Assembly (NCBI RefSeq): GCF_003918875.1
Contig: NW_025767191.1
Location: 1,674,001-1,738,000, forward strand
Source of the DNA: Haliotis rubra
Taxonomy: Eukaryota
Reading direction: 5' to 3'
DNA length: 64,000 bases
A model generated the notes under the pieces. That model had not been told where the DNA came from and made no database searches. It saw nothing but the letters and a program-made list of their open reading frames with translations. Position 1 is the stretch's first letter. Each line of letters starts with the position of its first letter. Position numbers and translations under genes: made by a program. Of the stretch, positions 39,041 through 62,000 are shown piece by piece.

Positions 39041-40489
39041 AGTTTGAATTTTCATAGTAAATGACGTGATGGACAGTTGGGCGCATTGGAAAATCTTCTA
39101 ACAAAATCTCTGGTCATCTGACCATCAACGACTACTGCAAATCTCAGGCAGATATCCCTGCTACACTGTTGAACTATATATCTCATTAAAGACGTACAAT
39201 ATCAATCGTTGTGAGAATGTTTTAATCAAATATACTTTACATTGTTTAATACAAATGTAGTACAGTTTACATGGAATTCACTCTCCGCCCAGTAGCAGGT
39301 GTAGAATACTCGCCTGTGTATACATATATTAGGAAGTTATACGGTCATGTGATTAGTTACACAGTCCTGTAACTCCGCCGTATGCTGTGCCAGAGTATTG
39401 CAGCTTCTGCAAGAATATCATCACAACTACGCAGTGTGCATGTGTCTGTGTGTGTGCCTGTTTGCGGTGTCAGTAAGAATTTTTATTCTCAAGTTCCCTA
39501 ACCTGCTCACAATATATACTGAAATCCATTAGAAACGCACCACCCTATTATCAGTGATCATGGAATATCGAACACAAATTTGGAACACAAACTGTGCTTG
39601 AAGTAATCTGACTTTGATAGATACACGTGATACACAACCACAAACACGTGCATCCTTGCGTGATCACGTGAATCCCACATTTGCTGAAAATCACCATTTC
39701 ACCTGCAAATCGCGTGAAAATGGAAAAAAATACATGACGGGTCCACAACACATAGAATGATCATTCAGCCGTCACTTTTGAACAGCACCACATTGTTGAC
39801 TTCACATAATGCCACGTTTATCAGCTGTTGTGAGAAAGAGCTATTGAGCTTTCTTGTGACTCGTTTGTCCCCAGGCCAAGTGACCGGAAGGAATAACAGT
39901 TTCCAGGGGCGTAGCTACCATTATAAAAAAAACCGGGCTTACACATGATTTTTGCTGAAGGTCACCATGAAAGTTGGGCTTATTTAAATAAAAAGCTTTG
40001 CAACTTATCGAGCTTACTCGCAAAAAATTGTCTTGCGCGCCTGGTTATTGTCACAATTGTCCATTTAAGTCCGTTATTGTTAATTCATGATTGCATTAAA
40101 CGACGAACGACTGCTGTTTCTTTTGTTTCCATCTTGATTGACATTTCAATGTCAGTAGGGACAATTTCCTTTCTTTATTCTTATTTATCCTTTCAGGGAG
40201 ATCACGTCTTATCCCGGGGATGCGTTTCTAATGGATTTCAGTATAGTCAGAATTGTACAATCAGCTCTGCTTTTAGCAGAGATGTCTTCTGGATGAACAA
40301 AAGGTTTTGTCGCTTCTATTTGCAGCACCTTGGTCACCCAAGGCCTTGACTGTTAGGCCTGCTCATGCTATGTTCTGCCTCAAAGTATGCAAGCACAATA
40401 CATTTGACAGCCTTCGCCTTGAGTGTATGCCGGATTTGCCGGATTGAATAAATTGTACACGTTCAACGCAAGTCGAGCCTTTTCATGGA

Positions 40490-40647
40490 CGGGAGCGGTG
40501 GAGTAGCAAAATGGTTAAAGCGTTCGCTCGTCACGCTGAAGACCCGGGTTCGATTCCCTACATGGGTACAATGTGTGAAGCCCATTTCTGGTGTCCTCCG
40601 GCGTTGCTGGAATATTGCTAACAGCAGCGTAAAACTAAACTCACTCG
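40490..40647 (+). mobile_element. tRNA-derived SINE, family A
   Basis: Homologous to the 17299 and 24734 copies; A/B boxes and ACTC tail. Confidence 0.88.
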
Positions 40648-40859
40648 TCCTCTCTGCAGGGGGATCTACTCACACCCTGACATTTAACCACTGTCATGTC
40701 TTCTTGTTGAATACCCTGTCACGTCTTGATGTTCAACCATAAAGGCCATGTCTTCTTGTTGAACATCATGTCACGTAACTGTGATATGAGGTATTCGGTG
40801 TTTCAGATTTGTATTCCTGTTATGAAGTATTATAGCTAATATTTCTGCGCATATTAAGA

Positions 40860-41240
40860 ATACATATGGGGATAGTGGATCACCTTGTCTGCAGACTCTT
40901 GTGATACTAAACAAATAAAAGTAAGTAATTCCCGCGGGGTAGCTATTCTTTTCGAAGATACTTTTGAATTTAAAATCTTAGACCAAATACAAGATCTCGA
41001 AAATGGCAACTTCCTCGCACTAAAACTGCAACTAACAGACGGAACTTTTACACTAATAGCAACATACGGGCCTAATACAGACTCACAATCGTTCTTTGAA
41101 AACATATTTGATATTATTAAAAAATTCGATTCTGATCACCATTCCATCTGTGGCGTCTGGAACATAATCCAAAATCGACCTAGTTAACTAAAAGATGTAT
41201 ATAACCGAATGCAAGAGAAAAGCTTCTAGAATCTATCGAT
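40860..41240 (+). mobile_element. L1/Tx1-like LINE fragment (APE endonuclease)
   Basis: SNSRGVAILF...DLENGNFLAL...TLIATYGPNTDSQSFF...ICG(V)WN. Confidence 0.8.
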
Positions 41241-41254
41241 GATTATTGATAATA

Positions 41255-42390
41255 CATATGATCTACACACTGGCTTCTCTCCCTGGATCACCACCATATG
41301 ATCTATATCAATATGGATCACATATATCTACACACTGGCTTCAATCCATGGATCACCATCACATATATGATCTACACACTGGCTTTCCTCCCTGGATCAC
41401 CATCATATACTATTCACACTTTGCTAAGGATCAAAACATGGATTCAACAGAAAACTATGATGTTGGGTCAAATTTGGTTTAAATATCTAAGCTTATTGTA
41501 AGCATGGATCCTAGGTTTCAGTTTGTCATTTCATCTTGCAGAACCCATACCTGCTATTGACAGGTGTTGTGTACTTGTCAATGACTCCTTCAATGACTTG
41601 CAAAATGGTTGATTGGTGCCATGAAAACCATTTCCATGGTTACTCATGTATCAAGTGCATAAGGTTAGATTAAAGTGACTGTTTGCCTAAAGATGGGTTA
41701 CCATATTATTATTTATCCAATTTCAAATTATAAATCTACGTTTAAGTAAAGTTGTGAATTTTGTGATCCTTAGCAAAGTGTGAGTAGTATATATATGATC
41801 TCCACACTGGCTTCCATCCATAGATCACCATCACATATATGATCTACACATTGGCTTCCATCCATGGATCACCATCACATATATGATCTACACACTGGCT
41901 TCCCTCCCAGGATCACCATCACATATATGATCTACACATTGGCTTCCCTCCCTGGATCACCATCACATATATGATCTACACACTGGCTTCCATCCATGGA
42001 TCACCATCACATATATGATCTACACACTGGCTTCCCTCCCTGGATCACCATCACATATATGATCTACACACTGGCTTCCATCCACGGATCACCATCACAT
42101 ATATGATCTACACACTGGCTTCCATCCATGGATCACCATCATATATATGATCTACACACTGGCATTCCTCCCTGGATCACCATCATATATATGATCTACA
42201 CACTGGCTTCCATCCATGGATCACCATCACATATATGATCTACACACTGGCATACCTCCCTGGATCACCATCATATATATGATCTACACACTGGCTTCCA
42301 TCCATGGATCACCATCACATATATGATCTACACACTGGCTTCCATCCATGGATCACCATCACATATATGATCTACACACTGGCTTTCCTC
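41255..42390. repeat. 44-bp minisatellite split by a MITE
   Basis: Unit TATATGATCTACACACTGGCTTCCATCCATGGATCACCATCACA. Confidence 0.95.
41410..41787. mobile_element. MITE inserted at a TA inside a 44-bp minisatellite
   Basis: TIR CTA(T/C)TCACACTTTGCTAAGGATCA; TA flanks; the array resumes on both sides. Confidence 0.85.
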
Positions 42391-42521
42391 CTTCAGACAT
42401 CACTGACTCAGTGATAAAGTTCTGGACACAGGACTACTTAGCAGACAGTTTAATTGCCTAAGTTTCTCCTAAACTGCTGCTCTTTTGTGTCCCTGAGCTT
42501 TCATGTCTGCAGTGTCAGCAG

Positions 42522-42945
42522 TAGTGGGGGTCTCGATTAATTGAAATAAACGACCAAGCAATCGATTATGTTTTCTCATAATCGAACACAAACAATTCTG
42601 GAACACTTGTTTGCATTAACAATATTTTTCACAAGGTTGGTTTTGTCTGTTTCATTTCATCAACATTACAAGCTCGTTCCAAGTCAGGTTTGAATTTATC
42701 TTAAAGACTCCAGGAAATTTATGTTCCTAACATACTAGTCATCCTTTAAAGATGTTAAATTTGCACATGCATTTTGTGGAATTTGCAAAAAGACTCATAA
42801 GAACTACGTTTTTCTTTGTTTTTTGTGCAGTAACAAACATAACCAGAAAAATTTGATAAATGATGCTGACCAATCATTTTCGATGCTTGATCCGTTGTAA
42901 TGAACAAATCATCAATTATGAGATTTTATCCAATTCCCAACACTA
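42522..42945. mobile_element. hAT-type MITE
   Basis: Ends TAGTG...CACTA with an exact 8-bp TSD GTCAGCAG (42514-42521 and 42946-42953). Confidence 0.8.
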
Positions 42946-43344
42946 GTCAGCAGTCATATGCTCCTCAAGGTGGGTTGTCCCAGATGGCGCACGTAAAGAA
43001 ATCGAATTTCTACTGCCATCTTGGAAATGGTCAAAGTTATAGAATGATAGGGTGACTATAGTGACTTTCTAAAACGTATTCAAAGTGTCATATATATCTT
43101 TCTGTGTCTATCTACAAAGTACTCCAATCAACTGTAGGATTTGTTTCACATGTGCTGGAATATCAGGAAACATACAAATGGGGATGTGTATATTTTACAA
43201 GAATCCACACATCACTAACTAACAAATCAAAACAATGAGTCATTGATATCAACAAAACATTTATTAAATGGGTCATTTGACATAATATTTCAACAAGTGA
43301 CATTAACATCAGCTCATATAAAATTAAAGAAGTAGGTGTGGACT

Positions 43345-43565
43345 GGAGACACAGTGACTGATAAAGGAAGAACTGTTATGGATGTCAACTTCTGTAATAT
43401 GAGGAAAACAGCTTTTCCAACTACATTGTTACTCCTTGAGGCTTGAGCTGAATCATTTACCTGATGAACTTATAAAATCATACTCCGAAAAGTTGTCTTC
43501 CTCATATTAGACAATTGACATCCATACAATTTACCCCTTTATGTGAATCACTTCTAAATGCTATT
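43345..43565. mobile_element. Penelope-like terminal remnant in inverted arrangement
   Basis: Inverted repeat ATGGATGTCAA..AATATGAGGAA / TTCCTCATATT..TTGACATCCAT; degenerate CTGATGA...GAAA; ends CTTCTAAATGC like the 38 kb remnant. Confidence 0.55.
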
Positions 43566-43919
43566 AAAATAATTTAACAGTGACTGATGATGCAACAATG
43601 GACCCTGTTCTCCAACCTCACTCAGCCCTGCTCCACATACATGGACATGACAGCCCTGCCCTAAACTTACTGACATTCTTTGTACAACACCTCCATGCAT
43701 ACACATCAGGATTGCAGCTCAATACAAATATTCCACCAGTGCTGGTATTGTATCCACTGCTTCCTCCTTCCCCTTAAACCTGTTAAAATTCCAAAATTCA
43801 AAATCTAAATGTACATTCCTAAAACCCAACCTTCTCAGGCTGCTCCCTCTCTATCCCTAACTTTATTTTTCCAAGCAGAAATGGCATTATGTTGGGAAGC
43901 ACAAATGAAATCTTAAATA

Positions 43920-43969
<50 letters not shown>
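43920..43969. repeat. (CAT)n microsatellite
   Basis: About 16 perfect units. Confidence 0.98.
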
Positions 43970-44515
43970 GGTACTGTGACCAATACTCACCACCTCCTAG
44001 GCAGTGTTCTAGTAACAGAGATCAACAGGGACCATACACGCAACAAGGCAACAGAAACTAACTGCACCACAAAAAATGACACACAAGATAAAATGCAAAC
44101 ATATTCAAACCAAATTCCAATGGGAACCTAAACAGCTGTGTGATATACAGAAACAATGTGTATAGACAAATCACTGATCTCAGTATTCAGCATAAACTAA
44201 CTATATGGCAGGAGTCATTTCTCACCAAAAGGCCAACAAAACGTTTCATATACTTTGAGATACATGCTTCAGTCAGCTTGGGTTTAATTACTCTCTAAAA
44301 ACTCCTCAGAGAAGCATGGGTATGATATGATCCATGTACAGATGAACCAGTTATGCATTGTGTTACAAACAAAACGTAAGGGATAACTTTTCTACAATAT
44401 CAATTCTGTTATGTGGTATATCTGTGTAACAGTGCCAACATAGTAGAGTACACAAAGCTGATCAAACCAGCCCCCTTGTAGAGTAGGTGGTAGGAACCCA
44501 TCAGCAGTTTCTGGT

Positions 44516-44740
44516 ACAGGCCCCCACTCGGGTCAGAAATCGATACTATATGTATTATATAGTAGGGGTGTAGTCATCAACACCCCTACCTATAATACAT
44601 ATTGAATATTTGCTACTACCGATAAGATAGGCACTATCGGTTTAGTATCAACACCCCCTACTATATAATATATAGTAGGGGGTGTTGATACTAAACCGGG
44701 GCCTAGTTTATCGATTTTCTGACCCGCAGTGGGGGCCTGT
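44516..44740. mobile_element. Foldback/MITE-like element with internal palindromes
   Basis: Outer inverted repeat ACAGGCCCCCACT(G)CGGGTCAGAAA(A)TCGATA; perfect 30-bp-arm palindrome at 44638-44698. Confidence 0.7.
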
Positions 44741-44928
44741 GGTTTCTGGTGGGAGACGAGTGACAGGGAGATTGGAGATGCAATCTTGTCACTTGATCAT
44801 TCATGGCTATCATTCATCCAAATACTGCATAGAATGGCTTGTTACACCAGCTGGACATGGTTCTCCAGGCCATTTGTTATATATACAGCAATGAGGAGAA
44901 ATATACATCTGTGCTATACAATGCCCTT

Positions 44929-44934
44929 TTTATT
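44929..44934 (-). terminator. Candidate DCAF12 polyadenylation signal (another candidate at 43260-43265)
   Basis: AATAAA on the minus strand downstream of the stop codon; motif evidence only. Confidence 0.3.
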
Positions 44935-45054
44935 CAATGGATATTTACACCTTGGAAAGATGAAGAGAAGAGTATGTTTGTACAAATGAGATGAAGATGA
45001 ATAATGATCTGAACAGGAATGGAGTGACTTGATGAGTGTGTGAGAACATTATTT

Positions 45055-46480
45055 CAGCAATACTCCAGATAGATGACACTGAAGCCAGCAATACTCCGGC
45101 CTGTCCAGACAGTGAACAGTGAAGCCAGCAATACTCCAGCCTGTCCAGACAGTGAGGACTGAAGCCAGCAATACTCCAGCCTGTCCAGACAGTGAACACT
45201 GAAGCCAGCAATACTCCAGCCTGTCCAGACAGTGAACACTGATGCCAGCAATACTCCAGCCTGTCCAGACAGTGAACACTGAAGCCAGTCCATACTCCAG
45301 CAATATGTCCAGACAGTGAACACTGAAGCCAGCAATACTCCAGCCTGTCCAGACAGTGATACACTGATGCCAGCAATCCAGCCTCCAGACAGCCTGTCCA
45401 GACAGTGATCACTGATGCCAGCAGTACTCCAGCCTGTCCAGACAGTGAACACTGATGCCAGCAATACTGAAGCCCAGCCTGTCCAGACAGTGAACACTGA
45501 GCGCCAGCAATACTACAGCCTGTCAGACAGACAGTGAACACTGATGCCAGCAATACTCCAGCCTGTCCAGACAGTGAACACTGAAGCCAGCAATACTCCA
45601 GCCTGTCCAGACAGCCTGTCCAGAGTGAACACTGATGCCAGCAATACTGCAGCCTGTCCAGACAGTGAACACTGATGCCAACAATACTCCAGCCTGTCCA
45701 GACAGTGAACACTGATGCCTGATACTCCAGCCTGTCCAGACAGTGCCATACTCCAGCCTGTCCAGACAGTGAACACTGAAGCCAGCAATACTCCAGCCTG
45801 TCCAGACAGTGAACACTGAAGCCAGCAATACTCCAGCCTGTCCAGACAGCGAACACTGATGCCAACAATACTGCAGCCTGTCCAGACAGTGAACACTGAA
45901 GCCAGCAATACTCCAGCCTGTCCAGACAGTGAACACTGAAGCCAGCAATACTCCAGCCTGTCCAGACAGTGAACACTGAAGCCAGCAATACTCCAGCCTG
46001 TCCAGACAGCCAACAAACACTGAAGCCAGCAATACTCCAGCCTGTCCAGACAGTGAACACTGAAGCCAGCAATACTCCAGCCTGTCCAGACAGTGAACAC
46101 TGATGCCAGCAATACTCCAGCCTGTCCAGACAGTGAACACTGATGCCAGCAATACTCCAGCCTGTCCAGACAGTGAACACTGAAGCCAGCAATACTCCAG
46201 CCTGTCCAGACAGTGAACACTGATGCCAGCAATACTCCAGCCTGTCCAGACAGTGAGGACTGATGCCAGCAATACTGCAGCCTGTCCAGACAGTGAACAC
46301 TGAAGCCAGCAATAGTCCAGCCTGTCCAGACAGTGAGGACTGATGCCAGCAATACTGCAGCCTGTCCAGACAGTGAACACTGATGCCAGCAATACTTTGG
46401 ACAGATGACACTAATGCCAGACAGGGGACACTGATTTGTTCAACACTGCAGCCTATCCAGACAATGGACACAGATACAGT
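45055..46480. repeat. 40-bp minisatellite, possibly within the DCAF12 3' UTR
   Basis: Unit CCTGTCCAGACAGTGAACACTGA(A/T)GCCAGCAATACTCCAG. Confidence 0.97.
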
Positions 46481-47231
46481 CAGTGAACAATGATTCTAGC
46501 AACACTGCAGCCTATCCCAATAGTGGACAAAGGTTTCAGAGAGCTAACACAAATTCCAGCCTGCAGATTCATTTCTAACTATGGACTAAATGCCACTTAA
46601 AGAAGATATGGACAAAAAGTTTGGCTTCATATACCTTACCTAGGAAACAAACCCTAGTGTTGTGTATAAAGAGTGCACACACAAGACCTCCCTGAATATC
46701 CCTTATGAAAGGCATGTCTGTGTAACTCACCACATTGTTTCAGAAAACAATATATAACAAGACATATGACAAACAAAATATGCTAATCCCTTCTTCATGC
46801 ATGCAAGCCATTGTAAGGAACATTAGCATCACATGCCTGAATGCAATACTCCTATGTGAATGGCTTGTCACCTTCTTTTAAACCTATACAGGTAAGTCTT
46901 TTAACTTCTTCCACATACATTGTTTCTATACCAAGCCCACAGACAAATCTGCTCTTGTCTCATAAAACAAAAGTTAATTTGTTACATGTGTCTTCTGTCA
47001 GTGCCTTACAATCATAATACAGTATGCATGGATGAAGTCTTTGTAACTACTACAAGTGTGGTCTCTCATGTAAAAGACAATTTACCTCTTACAATTCTGA
47101 ACATTTGCTCAATAACACATGCAGTTCCTACAGTCTTATAAAGACAAGGACGAAACCCCATCACAAGAGTTATCATGGTACACCTTGCTGATATATACCA
47201 TGATGATAAACACTATGCTGCTACAACATGT

Positions 47232-47655
47232 TGATACACCATGCACACAGAGTTATACCTACACACACCATGCACACAGAGGAATACCATGCACAGAGTT
47301 ATACTACACACACCATGCACACAGAGTTATACCTACACAAACCATGCACAGAGGGGGAATGCCTACACACACCATGCACACACACACCATGCACACAGAG
47401 GAATATCTACACACCATGCACACAGAGGGGAATACCTACACACACCACACACATGCCTACCACACACCATGCACACAGGGAATACCTACACACACCATGC
47501 ACACAGAGTTATACCTACACACACCATGCACACAGAGTTATACCTACACACACCATGCACACAGAGGAATACCTACACACACCATGCACACAGGGGAATG
47601 CCTACACACACCATGCACACAGAGGTATACCTACACACCATGCACACAGAGCCAT
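47232..47655. repeat. CA-rich degenerate ~31-bp repeat just downstream of the DCAF12 stop
   Basis: Unit CACACACCATGCACACAGAGTTATACCTACA. Confidence 0.9.
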
Positions 47656-47830
47656 GACCTAGAGCTGTTCCATATAGTGTCCACTGTCCTCAGTCCTACA
47701 CACAGACATACTAATGCCATGACACAGAGCTGTTCCAAATAGTGTCCATTGTCCTCAGTCCTACAAACAGACATAGTTCTCCATGAAACACAGATGATCT
47801 ACCAAATATTTCTGTTCCCAGGTTCAGTCG

Positions 47831-56831
<9,001 letters not shown>

Positions 56832-57609
56832 CTGGAACACAAAACAATGTAGAACATGCACCTGAACACATCCTCCAAACATTCACCTTCCCATACCCAT
56901 TATAACATGCACCCAGAACACACAGAAAGGACAAAACCCCTTGGCACATACTCAGGACCCATCTCATGAACACACCCACAGTACACATCCCCAAGGCTGG
57001 CTGTCCCATCCTTCATTTAAGGTGTTGACGAAGAGTTGGTGATTTGTCACAACATCATGTCAGAGAGTTCCCTGTGAAGACATCTGACTCAAGGATTGAT
57101 CACTAGTTGAGCCACAGCAAGCTGAGGAGTATTGCGGTCAGGTGAGTCAAGGGCGACTCACAGATGGATGTGTCAATGCTGCAGATGGAGAAAGATGTGG
57201 AGTCCTATGTAGTTCTGGAGGTTGACACATCCCCAATGTTAGCAGGAGAAGAGAAAACCTGATGAAAAGCAGGATTTCCCATCAGGGAATCGTCTATGAG
57301 ACAGCTAAAGGCAATTCACCACTGGTGTAATAATGTCTCATGAGTTACGATATGTCTGAAAAGCCAAGGGGCAGTAAAAATGCCAAACAACTGAACTTTC
57401 CAATGGTGTAGGCATTGAAGATAAAGCAAAGATAACAATGGTGTGCTAGAAAGGTCGGGACATGCCTGTCCTGGTGGTGAGTAGTGGCAGTAGCAAGACA
57501 CTGAAAGACTCTGCGGAAGTCATCTAAGTCAAGGTTTTCAGTATCCTAGCATACCCTGCGCCGGAATGAGTCACACACATCTGCAGCTCCTGAACAGCAG
57601 TTTTGGCTT

Positions 57610-58194
57610 GAGAGAGACATCTCATATCACGCCCTGGAGAGAGACTTCTCATATCACTCCCTGGAGAGAGACTTCTCATATCACTCCCTGGAGAGAGACT
57701 ACTCATATCACTCCCTGGAGAGAGACTACTCATGTCACTCCCTGGAGAGAGACATCTCATATCACGCCCTGGAGAGAGACTTCTCATATCACTCCCTGGA
57801 GAGAGACTACTCATATCACTCCCTGGAGAGAAACTTCTCATATCACTCCCTGGAGAGAGACTTCTCATATCACTCCCTGGAGACTACTCATATCACTCCC
57901 TGGAGGGAGACTTCTCATATCACTCCCTGGAGAGGCTACTCATATCACTCCCTGGAGGGAGACTTCTCATATCACTCCCTGGAGAGAGACTTCTCATATC
58001 ACTCCCTGGAGAGAGACTTCTCATATCATTCCCTGGAGAGAGACTTCTCATATCACTCCCTGGAGAGAGACTTCTCATATCACTCCCTGGAGAGAGACTT
58101 CTCATATCACTCCTTGAGAGAGACTACTCATATCACTCCCTGGAGAGAGACTTCTCATATCACTCCCTGGAGAGAGAAATCTCATATCACTCCC
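57610..58194. repeat. 27-bp minisatellite
   Basis: Unit CCTGGAGAGAGACTTCTCATATCACTC. Confidence 0.97.
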
Positions 58195-58620
58195 GTGCAT
58201 GGTTACCAAACAATTTACCCACCAATCATGGATGATGGAGAAGTCAGAACAGAAATAAAAGATGCAATCCCACTTCCTCAATTTAAGCTTGTGATCTTGG
58301 TAGCAGGGAGCCCATAACGTGCATCAAAAGTTGTGCCATGTCTTCCAACAGAGGAATGATGTCAAGAATTCAATCAGCATGCTTATGTGTGGCCTATTCT
58401 TCTACTTAATGCTTGAGTAAAGGTGATGATAGGAGACAAAGGGAGGAAAGCAAGTTTGAATCTACTGCCATCGATCTTGAGGTAAATGACAATATGCCCC
58501 CAACCCACAGTGGATTCCACATCAGGTGGTAGCAGGGAACAATACGCAGTGGACCTTGAACTGAGATGGAGTAACGGGACTGTAGCCATCATAAACAGCA
58601 AAAGTTCACAATTGGGTAGA

Positions 58621-58846
58621 GTGAGTGAGTTTAGTTTTACGCCAGCTATATGGCGGCGGTCTGTAAATAATCGAGTCTGGATCAGACAATCCAGTGATCA
58701 ACAACATGAGCATCGATCTGCGCAATGGGGAACCGATGACATGTGTCAACCAAGTCAGTGAGCCTGACCACCCGATCCCGTTAGTCGCCTCTTATGACAA
58801 GCATGGGTTCCTTAAGGCCAATATTCTAACCAGACCTTCACGGGTC
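58621..58846 (-). mobile_element. SINE family B
   Basis: Reverse-complement homolog of the 18192 copy; 14-bp TSD CACAATTG(G/T)GTAGA. Confidence 0.87.
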
Positions 58847-59059
58847 CACAATTGTGTAGAAACACAAGTTTGAGAATTCCCATAATCCACAGAATGCAAT
58901 CTTTGGATGCAAATGGAGACTGCTTTACCATTGTAGAAGCTACAATGTAGAGACCCGCACCACATGAGAAGTCCTTAAGCAAGGAGCAAGCACTTAGACA
59001 CCCGTCTTAAGAAGGTGAATGTGATCCTGGTGGTTCCTGAAATAGACGCCAATGACTAC

Positions 59060-62000
59060 TAGCATAGTGGGGGTTCTAGAGCTGCAGGGGCCTCAGTATA
59101 CTGAGGGCAATGTCGGAAGTGTTGGGTGCTCCACCCACACAGTAAGCATGGTGGGGGTTCTAGAGCTGCAGGGGCCTCAGTATACTGAGGGCAATGTCTG
59201 AAGTGTTGGGTGCTCCACCCACACAGTAAGCATGGTGGGGGTTCTAGTGCTGCAGGGGCCTCAGTATACTGAGGGCAATGTCTGAAGTGTTGGGTGCTCC
59301 ACCCACACAGTAAGCATGGTGGGGTTCTAGTGCTGCAGGGGCCTCAGTATACTGAGGGCAATGTCGGAAGTGTTGGGTGCTCCACCCACACAGTAAGCAT
59401 GGTGGGGGTTCTAGTGCTGCAGGGGCCTCAGTATACTGAGGGCAATGTCGGAAGTGTTGGGTGCTCCACCCACACAGTAAGCATGGTGGGGGTTCTAGTG
59501 CTGCAGGGGCCTCAGTATACTGAGGGCAATGTCGGAAGTGTTGGGTGCTCCACCCACACAGTAAGCATGGTGGGGGTTCTAGTGCTGCAGGTGCCTCAGT
59601 ATACTGAGGGCAATGTCGGAAGTGTCAGGTGCTCCACCCACACAGTAAGCATGGTGGGGGTTTCTAGTGCTGCAGGGGCCTCAATATACTGAGGGGGCAA
59701 TGTCGGAAGTGTTGGGTGCTCCACCCACACAGTAAGCATGGTGGGGGTTCTAGTGCTGCAGTGCCTCAGTATACTGAGGGCAATGTCGGAAGTGTTGGGT
59801 GCTCCACCCACACAGTAAGCATGGTGGGGGGTTCTAGTGCTGCAGGGGCCTCCAGTATACTGAGGGCAATGTCTGGAAGTGTTGGGTGCTCCACCCACAC
59901 AGTAAGCATGGTGGGGGTTCTAGTGCTGCAGGGGCCTCAGTATACTGAGGGCAATGTCTGAAGTGTTGGGTGCTCCACCCACACAGTAAGCATGGTGGGG
60001 GTTCTAGTGCTGCAGGGGCCTCAATATACTGAGGGCAATGTCGGAAGTGTTGGGTGCTCCACCCACACAGTAAGCATGGTGGGGGTTCTAGTGCTGCAGG
60101 GGCCTCAGTATACTGAGGGCAATGTCGGAAGTGTTGGGTGCTCCACCCACACAGTAAGCATGGTGGGGGTTCTAGTGCTGCAGGGCCTCAGTATACTGAG
60201 GGGCAATGTCGGAAGTGTTGGGTGCTCCACCCACACAGTAAGCATGGTGGGGGGTTCTAGTGCTGCAGGGGCCTCAGTATACTGAGGGCAATGTCTGAAG
60301 TGTTGGGTGCTCCACCCACACAGTAAGCATGGTGGGGGTTCTAGTGCTGCAGGGGCCTCAGTATACTGAGGGCAATGTCGGAAGTGTTGGGTGCTCCACC
60401 CACACAGTAAGCATGGTGGGGGTTCTAGTGCTGCAGGTGCCTCAGTATACTGAGGGCAATGTGAGCCGGAGGAAGTGTTGGGTGCTCCACCCACACAGTA
60501 AGCATGGTGGGGGTTCTAGTGCTGCAGGGGCCCTCAGTATACTGAGGGCAATGTCGGAAGTGTAGGTGCTCCACCCACACAGTAAGCATGGTGGGGGTTC
60601 TAGTGCTGCAGGGGCCTCAGTATACTGAGGGCAATGTCGGAAGTGTTGGGTGCTCCACCCACACAGTAAGCATGGTGGGGGTTCTAGTGCTGCAGGGGCC
60701 TCAGTATACTGAGGGCAATGTCTGAAGTGTTGGGTGCTCCACCCACACAGTAAGCATGGTGGAGGTTCTAGTGCTGCAGGGCCTCAGTATACTGAGGGCA
60801 ATGTCGGAAGTGTTGGGTGCTCCACCCACACAGTAAGCATGGTGGGGGGTTCTAGTGCTGCAGGGGCCTCAGTATACTGAGGGCAATGTCTGAAGTGTTG
60901 GGTGCTCCACCCACACAGTAAGCATGGTGGAGGTTCTAGTGCTGCAGGGGCCTCAATATACTGAGGGCAATGTCTGAAGTGTTGGGTGCTCCACCCACAC
61001 AGTAAGCATGGTGGGGGTTCTAGTGCTGCAGGGGCCTCAATATACTGAGGGGCAATGTCTGAAGTGTTGGGTGCTCCACCCACACAGTAAGCATGGTGGG
61101 GGTTCTAGTGCTGCAGGTGCCTCAGTATACTGAGGGGCAATGTCGGAAGTGTTGGGTGTGCTCCACCCACACAGTAAGCATGGTGGGGGTTCTAGTGCTG
61201 CAGGGGCCTCAATATACTGAGGGCAATGTCGAGGAAGTGTTGGGTGCTCCACCCACACAGTAAGCATGGTGGGGGTTCTAGTGCTGCAGGTGCCTCAATA
61301 TACTGAGGGCAATGTCTGAAGTGTTGGGTGCTCCACCCACACAGTAAGCATGGTAGGGGTTCTAGTGCTGCAGGTGCCTCAATATACTGAGGGCAATGTC
61401 GGAAGTGTTGGGTGCTCCACCCACACAGTAAGCATGGTGGGGGTTCTAGTGCTGCAGGTGCCTCAATATACTGAGGGCAATGTCGGAAGTGTTGGGTGCT
61501 CCACCCACACAGTAAGCATGGTGGGGGTTCTAGTGCTGCAGGTGCCTCAATATACTGAGGGCAATGTCGAGGAAGTGTTGGGTGCTCCACCCACACAGTA
61601 AGCATGGTGGGGGTTCTAGTGCTGCAGGTGCCCTCAATATACTGAGGGCAATGTCGGAAGTGTTGGGTGCTCCACCCACACAGTAAGCATGGTGGGGTTC
61701 TAGTGCTGCAGGGGCCTCAATATACTGAGGGCAATGTCTGAAGTGTTGGGTGCTCCACCCACACAGTAAGCATGGTGGGGGTTCTAGTGCTGCAGGTGCC
61801 TCAGTATACTGAGGGCAATGTCGGAAGTGTTGGGTGCTCCACCAACACAGTAAGCATGGTGGGGGTTCTAGTGCTGCAGGTGCCTCAGTATACTGAGGGC
61901 AATGTCGGAAGTGTTGGGTGCTCCACCCACACAGTAAGCATGGTGGAGGTTTTAGTGCTGCAGGTGCCTCAGTATACTGAGGGCAATGTCGGAAGTGTTG

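Noticed and set aside
44945-46471. 508-aa ORF, and similar ORFs at 54348-55715 and 59294-63956
   Set aside because: All are tandem-repeat translations.
57000-58600. Possible decayed retroelement (e.g. ARYGLPAT on the minus strand near 58320) or additional DCAF12 exon
   Set aside because: No convincing run of motifs or splice-compatible DCAF12 peptide could be read.
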